From positions 37,520 to 101,519 of the forward strand of contig CAZLDI010000010.1 in assembly GCA_964558415.1 (NCBI GenBank): 64,000 nt of DNA. Reading direction: 5' to 3'. The first letter of the stretch is position 1; the number at the start of each line of letters is the position of its first letter. The notes under the pieces are model-generated. The model was not told the DNA's origin and did not search any database. It was given only the letters and a program-made list of their open reading frames with translations. Source of the stretch: an uncultured Dehalococcoidia bacterium. Lineage in GTDB: Bacteria > Chloroflexota > Dehalococcoidia > SM23-28-2 > RBG-16-64-32. Position numbers and translations under genes: made by a program. Shown in pieces: positions 17,835 to 26,420 of this stretch.

Positions 17835-18299
17835 TCAGGCCCGCCAGACTAGCGGCGGCTTGCCCGCCATCACGTCGTGGATCGACGAAAGCTCGATCCG
17901 CCAAGGCGTTAGCTTGAGCAGGCCGAGTCCCGGGTCCTCCGGCGACTTCCAGATCATCCCGAGATCGTAGCCCAGCGGCGGCGCCGTGGCGCCATAGAGC
18001 GCCCAGAGACGGCGCTTCTCGCCGCCGCCGTCCTCCCACGTCGCAACGCAATCGGCGTAGACCTGCTGGTGCTGCGGGTCCCAGTACGTAAGCGAGACGT
18101 GGGCGTTGCCGGCAAGGTGCCTGGTCTTCAGCGACTCTCGTCGCGTGGCGATCCAGCCAGTGGCGCCTTCCCAGATGGGGTGCAGGATGCGCGACCGGGG
18201 ACGCCCCTGACGATCGATCGTAGCGACGGTGCACCAGACGATGCGTGTGACCCGGCGGCTGAACTCATCCTGGATCTCCGAGAACTCCGCGACGTCCAT
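17835..18299 (-). CDS. Pyridoxamine 5'-phosphate oxidase-like (FMN/F420-binding split-barrel) protein
   Basis: The 154-aa ORF has the pattern WCTVATIDRQGRPRSRILHPIWEG...LKTRHLAGNAHVSLTYW. Confidence 0.65.
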   Translation of the reverse strand: MDVAEFSEIQDEFSRRVTRIVWCTVATIDRQGRPRSRILHPIWEGATGWIATRRESLKTRHLAGNAHVSLTYWDPQHQQVYADCVATWEDGGGEKRRLWALYGATAPPLGYDLGMIWKSPEDPGLGLLKLTPWRIELSSIHDVMAGKPPLVWRA

Positions 18300-18435
18300 T
18301 TTGGCCTCCTGGCTACGTTCAGGGTGGCAGCGCGCCGCTCATCGTAGCACGCCGGGGTAAGGGTCGGTTAAGTCGGGTAACGCCTCGCGCGGGGGTGGCG
18401 TCTCTGTTTACGGATTCCCAAAGCACTGGACCATT

Positions 18436-21400
18436 ATGTTCGCACGAAGCATTCGCCCCCCTGTCACGCCCGGCGACCCCAATCCGGCTGCCGCCGCGTC
18501 TCTTGCGCAAGACCCTTTGCGCGATGTGCGCGTGCTCAAGCGCTGGGTCAACATTGGTGTCTACGCGGCGATCATCGCTTCGGAGCCGCTGTACATCTTT
18601 GTGCTGCACCAGACTCTAACGCAGGTCCTCGTTGGCCTGGTCATCGGGCTGATCATCGCCTTCGTCGCCATCGAAGGCGCCTTCGCCCAGATGTTTCGCC
18701 TGCGCAAGCGCAGCGCCTACCCCAACGTATTGCTCGTAGAGCTTGGCAGCGTCGCGACGGTGGCCGAAGCGGCCCCCACTGCGCTCTCCGTCGTTGAACG
18801 GCTCCTGGGCGGGCGAGGTTCGCTGCTGGCGTTAACGGAGGAAGGCGGCGGACTCAGCATCGCCGCCGCGTCGGGCATGGACGAGCCCGATGCGAGGGAC
18901 TTGCTGGCCGGGTCAATGATCCAGGCCCGCCACGCCCTGAAACATGGACAGACGGTCTCCCTGGCCTCGTACGGCGGGCGGCGGGACCGCACCACGCTGA
19001 CCTACATCCCGATCGTGGCGCTTCAGGACAGGATCGGCGTCCTTGCCGTGCTGTCCGGGCCCCGCAACCGCGATGTCACAGACGAGCAACTGCTCCAGGC
19101 CCTGGGTATGGCGCTCGGCCTGTCTCTCGACAACCTGCGCCGGCGAGGTGACCTTAACGGCACGCTGTCGCTCTTGACCGCCACCCTCGAGTCCACGGCG
19201 GATGGAATCCTTGTCGTCGACGCGCAGGGCAGGATCAGCAGCCTGAACCAGAACTTCGTCGAGATGTGGGGCATCCCGGAGTCCGTCCTCGCTTCTCGCA
19301 GCGACGATGACGCGCTCGGCTTCGTGCTTAGCCAGCTCAGTGACCCCGAGGAGTTCCTCGCGAAGGTCCGCGAACTCTACGCCCAACCGCGCGCCGAGAG
19401 CTTCGACGTCCTCCACTTCAAGGACGGACGCGTCTTCGAGCGCTACTCCAAGCCCCAGCTCGTCGGCGGCGAAAGCCTTGGACGTGTATGGAGCTTTCGG
19501 GATGTGACAGAGCGGCGCCTGGCGGAGGACGCTGTCCAGGCGAGCGAGCGGCGCTTCCGCTCGCTAATTGAAAGCAGCGCGGACGGGCTTGCCCTCATCG
19601 ACTCGGCCGCAGCGGTGCTGTATGCCGGCCCGTCGACGCAGCGACTCATGGGGTACTCCGCCGAGGAGTTCGTCGGCCTCAATATGCTCAGTCTCGTCCA
19701 CCCGGAAGACCTGCCCACCGCTGAGATGGAGCTTGCCGCCGCGGTTGATGATCCGACGAGAGTCGGCGCGGCCGAGCTCAGGCTCAAGCACAAGGATGGC
19801 GCCTGGCGCTGGTTCGAAGGCACAGCCCGCAACCTGCTCGCGGACGCCGCCGTATCGGCGGTCGTGCTCAACTATCGCGACGTGACCGAACGTCGCGCGG
19901 CCGAAGAGATGCTGCGGGAGAGCGAGGAGCGGATGCGCGTCATCCTCGATACCGCTCTCGACGCGATCATCACCATCGACTCCGCCGGCGCGGTCACGAG
20001 CTGGAACCCCCAGGCCGAAGCCCTCTTCGGGTGGTCGCGCGCTGACATCCTGGGGCGCAGCCTGACAGAGACGATCATCCCGGAGCGGTTCGCTGACGCC
20101 CACCTGCGCGGCATGAAGCGTTTCCTGGAGACCGGGGACGGCCCCGTGCTCAACGAACGGATTGAAGTCGTGGCGAAGAACAGCGCGGGCAGAGAGTTTC
20201 CCGTCGAGATCGCGATCGCACCATCGCAGACTGCTGATGGCTATACGTTCAGCGCGTTCATTCGCGACATCAGCGCTCGCAAACAGGCGGAAGAGGCCCT
20301 GCGGGAAGCCGAGGGGAAGTACCGCACACTGGTCGAGCGCCTGCCCGGCATCGTCTACGTGGCCCATCCCGGCGAGCACGGGGAATGGCTCTACGTGAGC
20401 TCCCAGACTCAGCAACTGCTCGGCTACGGCCCTGACGAGTGGATGGAGAACCCGCACCTCTGGTTTGAGCGCGTCCACGAAGATGACCGCGACGCATCGC
20501 TGGGGCATGGCCGGCGCTGCCAGCTGGCTGGCGAACCCGTGTCGGTCGAGTACCGGATGTTCCACAAGGACGGCCGCGTCGTTTGGTTCCGCGACGAGGC
20601 CATGCTGGTGCGCGATGAGACGCGGCAGCCGGTGCTCCAGGGCGTGATGTATGACATCACGGAAGAAATGCTGGCCCGCGAAGCCCTCCGCGCGAGCGAG
20701 GAACGGTACCGCGGCCTCGTGGACACCGCTCAGGACTGCATCTTCACCCTCGCTCCTGACGGCCTACTGACCTCCCTCAACCCCGCCTTCGAGACGATGA
20801 CTGGATGGTCGCGCGAGGAGTGGCTCGGCAAGCACTTCGCGCCCATCGTCCACCCGGATGAGATGGGCAACGCCTTCGAACTGTTCAATCGGGTGCTTGC
20901 CGGCGAGACTATCGCCTACGAGCTGCGCATCCTGAAGAAGTCCGGCGAATACCTGACCGGAGAGTTCACGTCCACCCCGTTAATGCAGGACGGCCGCATC
21001 GTCAATTTCCTCGGCGTCGCGCGGGACGTCACGGAGCGCAAGCAGGCTGAGGACACCATCCGCCACCTCGCCCACCACGATGCGCTCACGGGCCTCCCCA
21101 ACCGCGCGTTGTTCGAGGACCGCCTCCGCCAGGCGCTTGCCCAGTCCGCGCGCAGCGGCGACGCGCTCGCCGTCATGTTCCTCGATATCGACCGCTTCAA
21201 GCTCGTCAACGATACGATGGGCCACGATAGCGGCGACCGGCTGCTGCAACAGGTCGCCGAGGAGCTCGGCTCTATCGTGCGCGAAGGTGACACCGTCGCC
21301 CGCGTCGGCGGCGACGAGTTCACAATCCTCTTGACAGGTGTCAGTGGCAAAGAAGGCGCCGTCGATATCGCTGAGCGCATCCTGGACCGCCTCAAGCAGC

Positions 21401-22389
21401 CGCGTTTGATCGGCAGCCGCGAGTTCCGCGTCACTACCAGCATCGGGATCACGGTGTATCCGGGCGACGGAACGGATTCGGAGACCCTGCTCGGCAACGC
21501 AGACACCGCCATGTACCGCGCCAAGGAGCTGGGCCGCGACAACTACCAGCTCTTTTCGCCTGCCATGAACGACACGATGCTGGAGCGCCTCGCCCTCGAG
21601 AGCGACCTGCGTAATGCCGTGGAACGCGGCGAGTTCGTCCTGCACTACCAGCCCATCATCGACGTGAAATCCGGGCAGATAACCGCCGTCGAAGCGCTCA
21701 TCCGCTGGCGCCATCCCCAGCGCGGCCTCGTGGCCCCGGACGATTTCATACCGTTTACCGAAGAGACCGGCCTCATCATGCAGATCGGCGAGTACGCGCT
21801 GCGCGAGGCCTGCGCGCAGACCCGGGCCTGGCAGGACGACGGCTTCGATCCTGTCCGCATGATGGTCAACCTCTCCGCCCGCCAGCTGCTCAACGCCGGG
21901 CTCGTCAAGGACATCGCCCGCATCCTCGACGAAACGGGCCTGCCAGCGGAGTTCCTGCACCTGGAGATTACCGAGAGCGCCGTGATGAAGAACATCGAGT
22001 GGAGCGGCATGATACTCCAGCAGCTCCGCGCGATGGGCATCGCCGTGTCCATCGACGACTTCGGCACCGGCTATTCGTCGCTGGGCTACCTCAAGCGCCT
22101 CCCGATAGACGCGGTCAAGATCGACCGCTCCTTCATCCGCGATCTCGCGACGGACGCCAACGACAACGCCATCGTCACCGCCATCATCGCCATCGCCCGC
22201 AGCCTCAAGCTTCGCGTCATCGCCGAGGGCGTCGAGACCACCGAGCAACTCGACTTCCTGCGCTCCCACCACTGCGACGCCTTCCAGGGCTTCCTCGTCA
22301 GCGCCCCCGTCCCCCCGCAGCAGTTCGTGAAGTTCCTGACCCAGAGCCACCGCCCCCGCGCCAAAATCACCTCCATCCGCTCCGCCTGA
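18436..22389 (+). CDS. Membrane-associated multi-PAS GGDEF-EAL c-di-GMP signalling protein
   Basis: N-terminal hydrophobic helices, a GAF-like region, and five PAS/PAC units. The GGDEF motif is ARVGGDEFTILL. The EAL domain shows EALIRW and DDFGTGYSSLGYL. Confidence 0.9.
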   Translation: MFARSIRPPVTPGDPNPAAAASLAQDPLRDVRVLKRWVNIGVYAAIIASEPLYIFVLHQTLTQVLVGLVIGLIIAFVAIEGAFAQMFRLRKRSAYPNVLLVELGSVATVAEAAPTALSVVERLLGGRGSLLALTEEGGGLSIAAASGMDEPDARDLLAGSMIQARHALKHGQTVSLASYGGRRDRTTLTYIPIVALQDRIGVLAVLSGPRNRDVTDEQLLQALGMALGLSLDNLRRRGDLNGTLSLLTATLESTADGILVVDAQGRISSLNQNFVEMWGIPESVLASRSDDDALGFVLSQLSDPEEFLAKVRELYAQPRAESFDVLHFKDGRVFERYSKPQLVGGESLGRVWSFRDVTERRLAEDAVQASERRFRSLIESSADGLALIDSAAAVLYAGPSTQRLMGYSAEEFVGLNMLSLVHPEDLPTAEMELAAAVDDPTRVGAAELRLKHKDGAWRWFEGTARNLLADAAVSAVVLNYRDVTERRAAEEMLRESEERMRVILDTALDAIITIDSAGAVTSWNPQAEALFGWSRADILGRSLTETIIPERFADAHLRGMKRFLETGDGPVLNERIEVVAKNSAGREFPVEIAIAPSQTADGYTFSAFIRDISARKQAEEALREAEGKYRTLVERLPGIVYVAHPGEHGEWLYVSSQTQQLLGYGPDEWMENPHLWFERVHEDDRDASLGHGRRCQLAGEPVSVEYRMFHKDGRVVWFRDEAMLVRDETRQPVLQGVMYDITEEMLAREALRASEERYRGLVDTAQDCIFTLAPDGLLTSLNPAFETMTGWSREEWLGKHFAPIVHPDEMGNAFELFNRVLAGETIAYELRILKKSGEYLTGEFTSTPLMQDGRIVNFLGVARDVTERKQAEDTIRHLAHHDALTGLPNRALFEDRLRQALAQSARSGDALAVMFLDIDRFKLVNDTMGHDSGDRLLQQVAEELGSIVREGDTVARVGGDEFTILLTGVSGKEGAVDIAERILDRLKQPRLIGSREFRVTTSIGITVYPGDGTDSETLLGNADTAMYRAKELGRDNYQLFSPAMNDTMLERLALESDLRNAVERGEFVLHYQPIIDVKSGQITAVEALIRWRHPQRGLVAPDDFIPFTEETGLIMQIGEYALREACAQTRAWQDDGFDPVRMMVNLSARQLLNAGLVKDIARILDETGLPAEFLHLEITESAVMKNIEWSGMILQQLRAMGIAVSIDDFGTGYSSLGYLKRLPIDAVKIDRSFIRDLATDANDNAIVTAIIAIARSLKLRVIAEGVETTEQLDFLRSHHCDAFQGFLVSAPVPPQQFVKFLTQSHRPRAKITSIRSA

Positions 22390-22528
22390 CACCCGCATAG
22401 TGAGCAGCTTCCAACAGATCTCGTACCCGCCGCGGCTTCGGCCCTGCGGGCCGCCCCCGTAGCTGCAGCGGCTTCAGCCCTGCCTCATCGCCGAAGGCCA
22501 CTCCCCCGCCTGGCACCCACCCCCGTCG

Positions 22529-22634
22529 CCCTCTGACCCCTTGCCCCTCTGACCCCTTGCCCCTCGCCCCTCTGCCCCCTGTCCCCTGCCCCCCTGACAT
22601 CTGTCATCTAACATCTATCATCTATAATCTCCCC
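22529..22634. repeat. C-rich simple-repeat tract followed by phased CATCT repeats running into a TATAAT box
   Basis: ccctctgaccccttgc appears twice perfectly (22529-22560). Degenerate cccct units follow, then gacatctgtcatctaacatctatcatctataat. TATAAT sits at 22623-22628, 6 nt before ATG 22635. Confidence 0.8.
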
Positions 22635-22946
22635 ATGGACACCGTCTTCCAGCAGCTAAAGCAATCCCTCGACGCCCGCGAGCCCGCCGTGCTCGCCACC
22701 GTCGCCGCCACGCGCGGCTCCACCCCGCGCAGCCCCGGCGCCCGCATGCTCGTCCGCCCGGACGGCGTCACCTGCGGCACCATCGGCGGCGGCTGCGGCG
22801 AATCCGAAGTCATCTACGCCGCCATGGAAGTCCACGCCGACGGCCGTCCCCGCCTCGTCCACGTAGACCTCACCAACCCCATCGACGGCGACGACAAGAT
22901 CTGCGGCGGCGTCATGGACATCTTCCTCGAGCGCATCGACCCGTAG
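22635..22946 (+). CDS. XdhC_CoxI N-terminal-domain-only protein
   Basis: Sequence: MDTVFQQLKQSLDAREPAVLATVAATRGSTPRSPGARMLVRPDG...GTIGGGCGE...GGVMDIFLERI. The internal ATG 22635 is preferred because of the TATAAT-N6 context. Confidence 0.7.
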   Translation: MDTVFQQLKQSLDAREPAVLATVAATRGSTPRSPGARMLVRPDGVTCGTIGGGCGESEVIYAAMEVHADGRPRLVHVDLTNPIDGDDKICGGVMDIFLERIDP

Positions 22947-23030
22947 GAGCGCGTTTCAAACCCGCCCGCCGCTCACGGACCCGGGTGGAGGGTGGGTGCC
23001 CAGTCTCGCATGCTAAAATCGAACCCCGCC

Positions 23031-23222
23031 ATGGCTCTCTCCGAAGCCGACACGCGCGCCAAGCTCATCGATCCCGCCCTCCACGCTCGAGGCTGGACCG
23101 AAGCCCTCATCCGCCGCGAAGAGACCGCGCCCGCCATCGAGATCATCGAAGGCAAAGCCCGCCGCAGCCCTCGCCCTGGCCGCGTCGACCACATCCTCCC
23201 GCCCCGGCCGCGCGCCCTTTGA
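23031..23222 (+). pseudogene. hsdR: Truncated type I restriction enzyme R subunit (HsdR) N-terminus
   Basis: MALSEADTRAKLIDPALHARGWTEALIRREETAP...GKARRSPRPGRVDHIL matches the conserved first ~55 residues of HsdR-type enzymes (SEADTRAKLIDP..GW...DY.L). The frame then terminates, and no helicase domains follow. Confidence 0.6.
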
Positions 23223-23264
23223 GAGAGCCACGATCTGCTCCTCCGTGAAGCGACTTCGTGGCAT
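23222..23264 (-). mobile_element. Stub of an IS3-family orfA (transposase HTH) gene
   Basis: AGGAGG-N6-ATG is followed by MPRSRFTEEQIVAL, which matches the usual IS3/IS407-type OrfA N-terminus. Similarity ends after about 14 codons, where the frame runs antisense into the hsdR remnant. Confidence 0.35.
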
Positions 23265-23372
23265 CTCGGTCCTCCTATCGTTCCCTGGAACGCGCCAAGA
23301 CGGGCGCCTGTTTAGACGGGAGGACCGCGATTTAAAGTGGAGCAGGTCACACATGGTGTGCAATTGCATGCC

Positions 23373-23401
23373 TTGACTGCCGAACAGGCGTTCTGTACTA
23401 T
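23373..23401 (+). promoter_or_regulatory. Promoter TTGACT-17-TACTAT immediately upstream of the methyltransferase gene
   Basis: TTGACT at 23373-23378 and TACTAT at 23396-23401. The first ATG (23404) is only 2 nt downstream, so the real start may be ATG 23413 on a near-leaderless mRNA. Confidence 0.45.
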
Positions 23402-23403
23402 CA

Positions 23404-25587
23404 ATGACTAATATGACGAAAGAGAATGAAGTTGAAAAAGCGAGTCGGTGTGCCCTCGAGGATGATAGCTTCCCGTTTGAGGAATTAAGCCGAATCGCAG
23501 AAGTCGAAAGCTGGCGAAAGGAAATATATCGCCCCACTTACCACATGCATAAGTGGTGGGCACAACGTCTCGGCTCCGTATTCAGAGGAATCCTCATCGG
23601 GGCTCTAACGGAGCCGGGTGGGGAAGTCCTAGCGAGGTTTTATCGTCCCGTGCGGCTGAAGGGTATCGTCTTCGATCCATTTATGGGGAGCGGCACAACC
23701 ATAGGGGAAGCCCTGAAGCTCGGCCTTCGTGCTGTCGGAAGGGACATTAACCCGGTATCAGAATTTATCGTGAGGGTCGCGCTTGCCAAGCATGATCGTT
23801 CGAAAGTGGAAGCTGAATTCGCTTCCATCGAACGTGATGTCCGCGATGCGATAAGGAAACGTTACCAGTGCCTTGGGCCGGATGGATCGGTGGTTGACGC
23901 CTTGTACTTCTTTTGGGTCAAGGTAGTTCGCTGTCCGGGCTGCGACCGAGACGTGGATCTGTTCTCGTCATACGTTTTCGCCAAAAATGCCTACGCTCAT
24001 CGGATTCCGCGGTGCAGAGTTATCTGCCGTGGATGCGGAGAGGTAGGCGAGGCGAAGTACGGCGAGCACAATTACGAATGTTCGTCATGCCACGATGAGT
24101 TCGATCCCATAGTCGGGCCAGTGCGAGGCGCCAAGGTCCAGTGTGGCTACTGCCGGCAGGATTTCTCCATAGCAAACGCCGTTCGCCGCGAGGGAGGACC
24201 ACCCCGGCATCGGATGTATGCCAAGCTCGTACTGCACAAGCAAGGCCGGAAGACGTACTTGCGGACAACGGCAGGGGACGCGCTGGCCTATGAAGAGGCA
24301 GCCACCGAGCTCAGCCGCCGACCTGGCTTATTCCCGGTCGTATCACTGGCGGACGGACACAACACAAAGCAGGTCTTGAACTATGGGTACCGATACTGGC
24401 ACGAGATGTTCAACGAACGGCAGCTGTTATGCCTGGGCCTTCTAGCGGAGCGCATTCGCTCCATAGGCGATACCAAGCTCCGGGATCTATTCATTACCCT
24501 ATTCTCCGGAACCCTCGAATTTAGCAACATGTTCGCGTCTTACAAGGGCGAGGGCACTGGCGCCGTAAGGCATATGTTCTCACATCACGTTTTGAAGCCT
24601 GAGAGGATGCCGATAGAGGCTAACGTGTGGGGCACAAGCAAGAGTTCTGGCTCGTTCGCGACCTTGTTCAAGTCCCGAGTGCTTCGAGCGCTCGATTACG
24701 CTGATCGGCCGTTCGAGATTAGAGCCAACGGTGGCGAAAAGAAGATTTTTTTCCTATCAGATTCGATGGGGTATGAGGCAAGTCGAACCTTTGGTGAGTT
24801 CAACGAAGGGAACGTAGCCGTCTATCTTTCGTGTGGGGATTCCGCAGACACGGATTTGCCGGATGAGAGCATAGACGCAATCGTGACGGACCCTCCCTTT
24901 TTTGACAACGTGCACTATTCAGAGCTCGCGGATTTCTTCTACGTCTGGCAGCAACATGTGGTTCACGGGCCTTCCGGGGGCACTACAACACGACGAGAAG
25001 GAGAGGTTCAATCGACCGACGCCGATATCTTCGCACGTCGGTTGATGGGTGTACTGAGAGAGTGTAAACGTGTTCTCAAGCGTAACGGAATATTGGCGTT
25101 CACGTACCACCATTCGCGACCGGATGGCTGGAAGGCGGTACTCTCGGCGGTTGTCAAGTCTGGCTTTTGGATTACCGCAGTTCAGCCCGTCAAATCGGAA
25201 ATGTCGGTAGCGACGCCCAAGAGTCGAGCGAGCCATCCGATTGACGTAGATGTTGTCTTCGTGTGTCGCAAGTCTGGCGTTGCCCAATTTCAGTCACGAC
25301 CGCTCAAGGATGTGGTAAGTGAGTCGCAACACGAGACGTTGAAGCAGGCTGACCGATTTCTTAAGGTCGGTCGCAGGCTGGGTTACGGCGACTTGAGGGT
25401 GGTCTTTTTCGCTCATATGATTCGACAACTCTCACACTTCGGAAGTGCAGATGAGGCCGATGAACTACTAAATCAACTAGATGACCGGGTCGAATCACTG
25501 GTCGATGGCCTGTGGCGCATCCATTCGGAGGAACCGGTGGTCCATCACGGTCAGTTACCACTCGTCGAGGAGGCGGCGTTGCCGTGA
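23404..25587 (+). CDS. DNA methyltransferase, DUF1156/COG1743-like with Zn-ribbon insertions (probably N6-adenine or N4-cytosine)
   Basis: DUF1156-like head: FPFEELS..HMHKWWAQRLG. Motif I is VFDPFMGSGTT, followed by GRDINPV. Two Cys4 clusters: CPGCDRD..CRGCGE and CSSCHDE..CGYCRQ. Motif IV is VTDPPFFDNVHYSELADFFYVW. G+C is lower than in the flanks. Confidence 0.8.
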   Translation: MTNMTKENEVEKASRCALEDDSFPFEELSRIAEVESWRKEIYRPTYHMHKWWAQRLGSVFRGILIGALTEPGGEVLARFYRPVRLKGIVFDPFMGSGTTIGEALKLGLRAVGRDINPVSEFIVRVALAKHDRSKVEAEFASIERDVRDAIRKRYQCLGPDGSVVDALYFFWVKVVRCPGCDRDVDLFSSYVFAKNAYAHRIPRCRVICRGCGEVGEAKYGEHNYECSSCHDEFDPIVGPVRGAKVQCGYCRQDFSIANAVRREGGPPRHRMYAKLVLHKQGRKTYLRTTAGDALAYEEAATELSRRPGLFPVVSLADGHNTKQVLNYGYRYWHEMFNERQLLCLGLLAERIRSIGDTKLRDLFITLFSGTLEFSNMFASYKGEGTGAVRHMFSHHVLKPERMPIEANVWGTSKSSGSFATLFKSRVLRALDYADRPFEIRANGGEKKIFFLSDSMGYEASRTFGEFNEGNVAVYLSCGDSADTDLPDESIDAIVTDPPFFDNVHYSELADFFYVWQQHVVHGPSGGTTTRREGEVQSTDADIFARRLMGVLRECKRVLKRNGILAFTYHHSRPDGWKAVLSAVVKSGFWITAVQPVKSEMSVATPKSRASHPIDVDVVFVCRKSGVAQFQSRPLKDVVSESQHETLKQADRFLKVGRRLGYGDLRVVFFAHMIRQLSHFGSADEADELLNQLDDRVESLVDGLWRIHSEEPVVHHGQLPLVEEAALP

Positions 25588-26387
25588 CGGCTTGCCTCGA
25601 CGTTTTCGCCGAGTGCTATCGTGCGATCCGATCTGGCGTTCCAATCGTCCGCGAGAGTTCGCGAGACAAGGAATTCCACCTCCAAAACTGGGTCAGCGAC
25701 CGTCTTTCAGCGACGGGCCTGACATTTGAGGGTCGTGGTCGGAACGCGTATCCAGACTTCGTGCTGGTTGATCGGCCTGAGGGATATGAGGTCAAGGGCC
25801 TGGCGCATCCTGGCCGCGAATTAAACTACGACGCAAACAGCCAGATACCCACCGGTAAACATAGTGGACGCGACATCTTTTACGTCTTCGGGCGGTATCC
25901 CACGGGCGACCAGCGCGAGTTTGAGATCATTGATCTGATCATCAGTCACGGCAGTTTCCTGAACGCCGACGAGGACTACGTTCACAAGAACCAGCACATC
26001 AAAGCGTTTGGCAGCTACGGCGACATTATGATTCGGGATCGGAAAATGTACGTTGTCCCAACGCCTCTTGCGTTGACGGTGGGGACCCAGGGACACGCTA
26101 CTCTGATACTGCCTTCAGGAATCGAAGTTGATGATCGCGTAGTTCCAATCGGTGACCTAACCAGGATTGAGGCCGATCAGTTGGTAGTGGGCTATAACTT
26201 CGATCTGCGGACGAACAAGATCACGGCTCAGCTTATTCCGAATCCCCACGCGGGCCGTGAACATCGCTTCACCGCATATCGTATGAACGATGACAGCGAG
26301 CGGACTGTCTCACTTCGTGGCCAAGATGTTGTCGTCGCAGAGCACGAACGAGAACTGGGACGAAGCGAGGCCGAAGGCGACGAATAG
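25584..26387 (+). CDS. Putative PD-(D/E)XK-type restriction endonuclease (uncharacterised family)
   Basis: The GTG start overlaps the methylase stop (GTGA) and sits 8-9 nt after GAGGAGG. The candidate catalytic motif is NAYPDFVLVDRPEGYEVKG. I recognise no other family signature. Confidence 0.5.
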   Translation: MTACLDVFAECYRAIRSGVPIVRESSRDKEFHLQNWVSDRLSATGLTFEGRGRNAYPDFVLVDRPEGYEVKGLAHPGRELNYDANSQIPTGKHSGRDIFYVFGRYPTGDQREFEIIDLIISHGSFLNADEDYVHKNQHIKAFGSYGDIMIRDRKMYVVPTPLALTVGTQGHATLILPSGIEVDDRVVPIGDLTRIEADQLVVGYNFDLRTNKITAQLIPNPHAGREHRFTAYRMNDDSERTVSLRGQDVVVAEHERELGRSEAEGDE

Positions 26388-26420
26388 GTCCAGCAATGCT
26401 TTTGCTGAACATCTGGTCGT

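Noticed and set aside
20980-22398. 472-aa minus-strand ORF antisense to the GGDEF-EAL region
   Set aside because: No recognisable domains. The plus strand has unambiguous GGDEF and EAL motifs. This is a GC-driven open frame.
22529-22634. Possible CRISPR array or other spaced-repeat locus in the C-rich repeat tract
   Set aside because: The units are only 5-16 bp, are directly adjacent or 7-8 nt apart, and are low-complexity. There are no 25-40-bp repeats separated by unique spacers, and there are no cas genes in the window.
23013-23537. 174-aa minus-strand ORF across the island border
   Set aside because: Only the ~14 codons after the internal ATG at 23264 (MPRSRFTEEQIVAL) look like a real IS3 OrfA. 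The remainder runs antisense through the hsdR stub on one side and through the AT-rich methylase promoter/5' end on the other, so it is not one gene.
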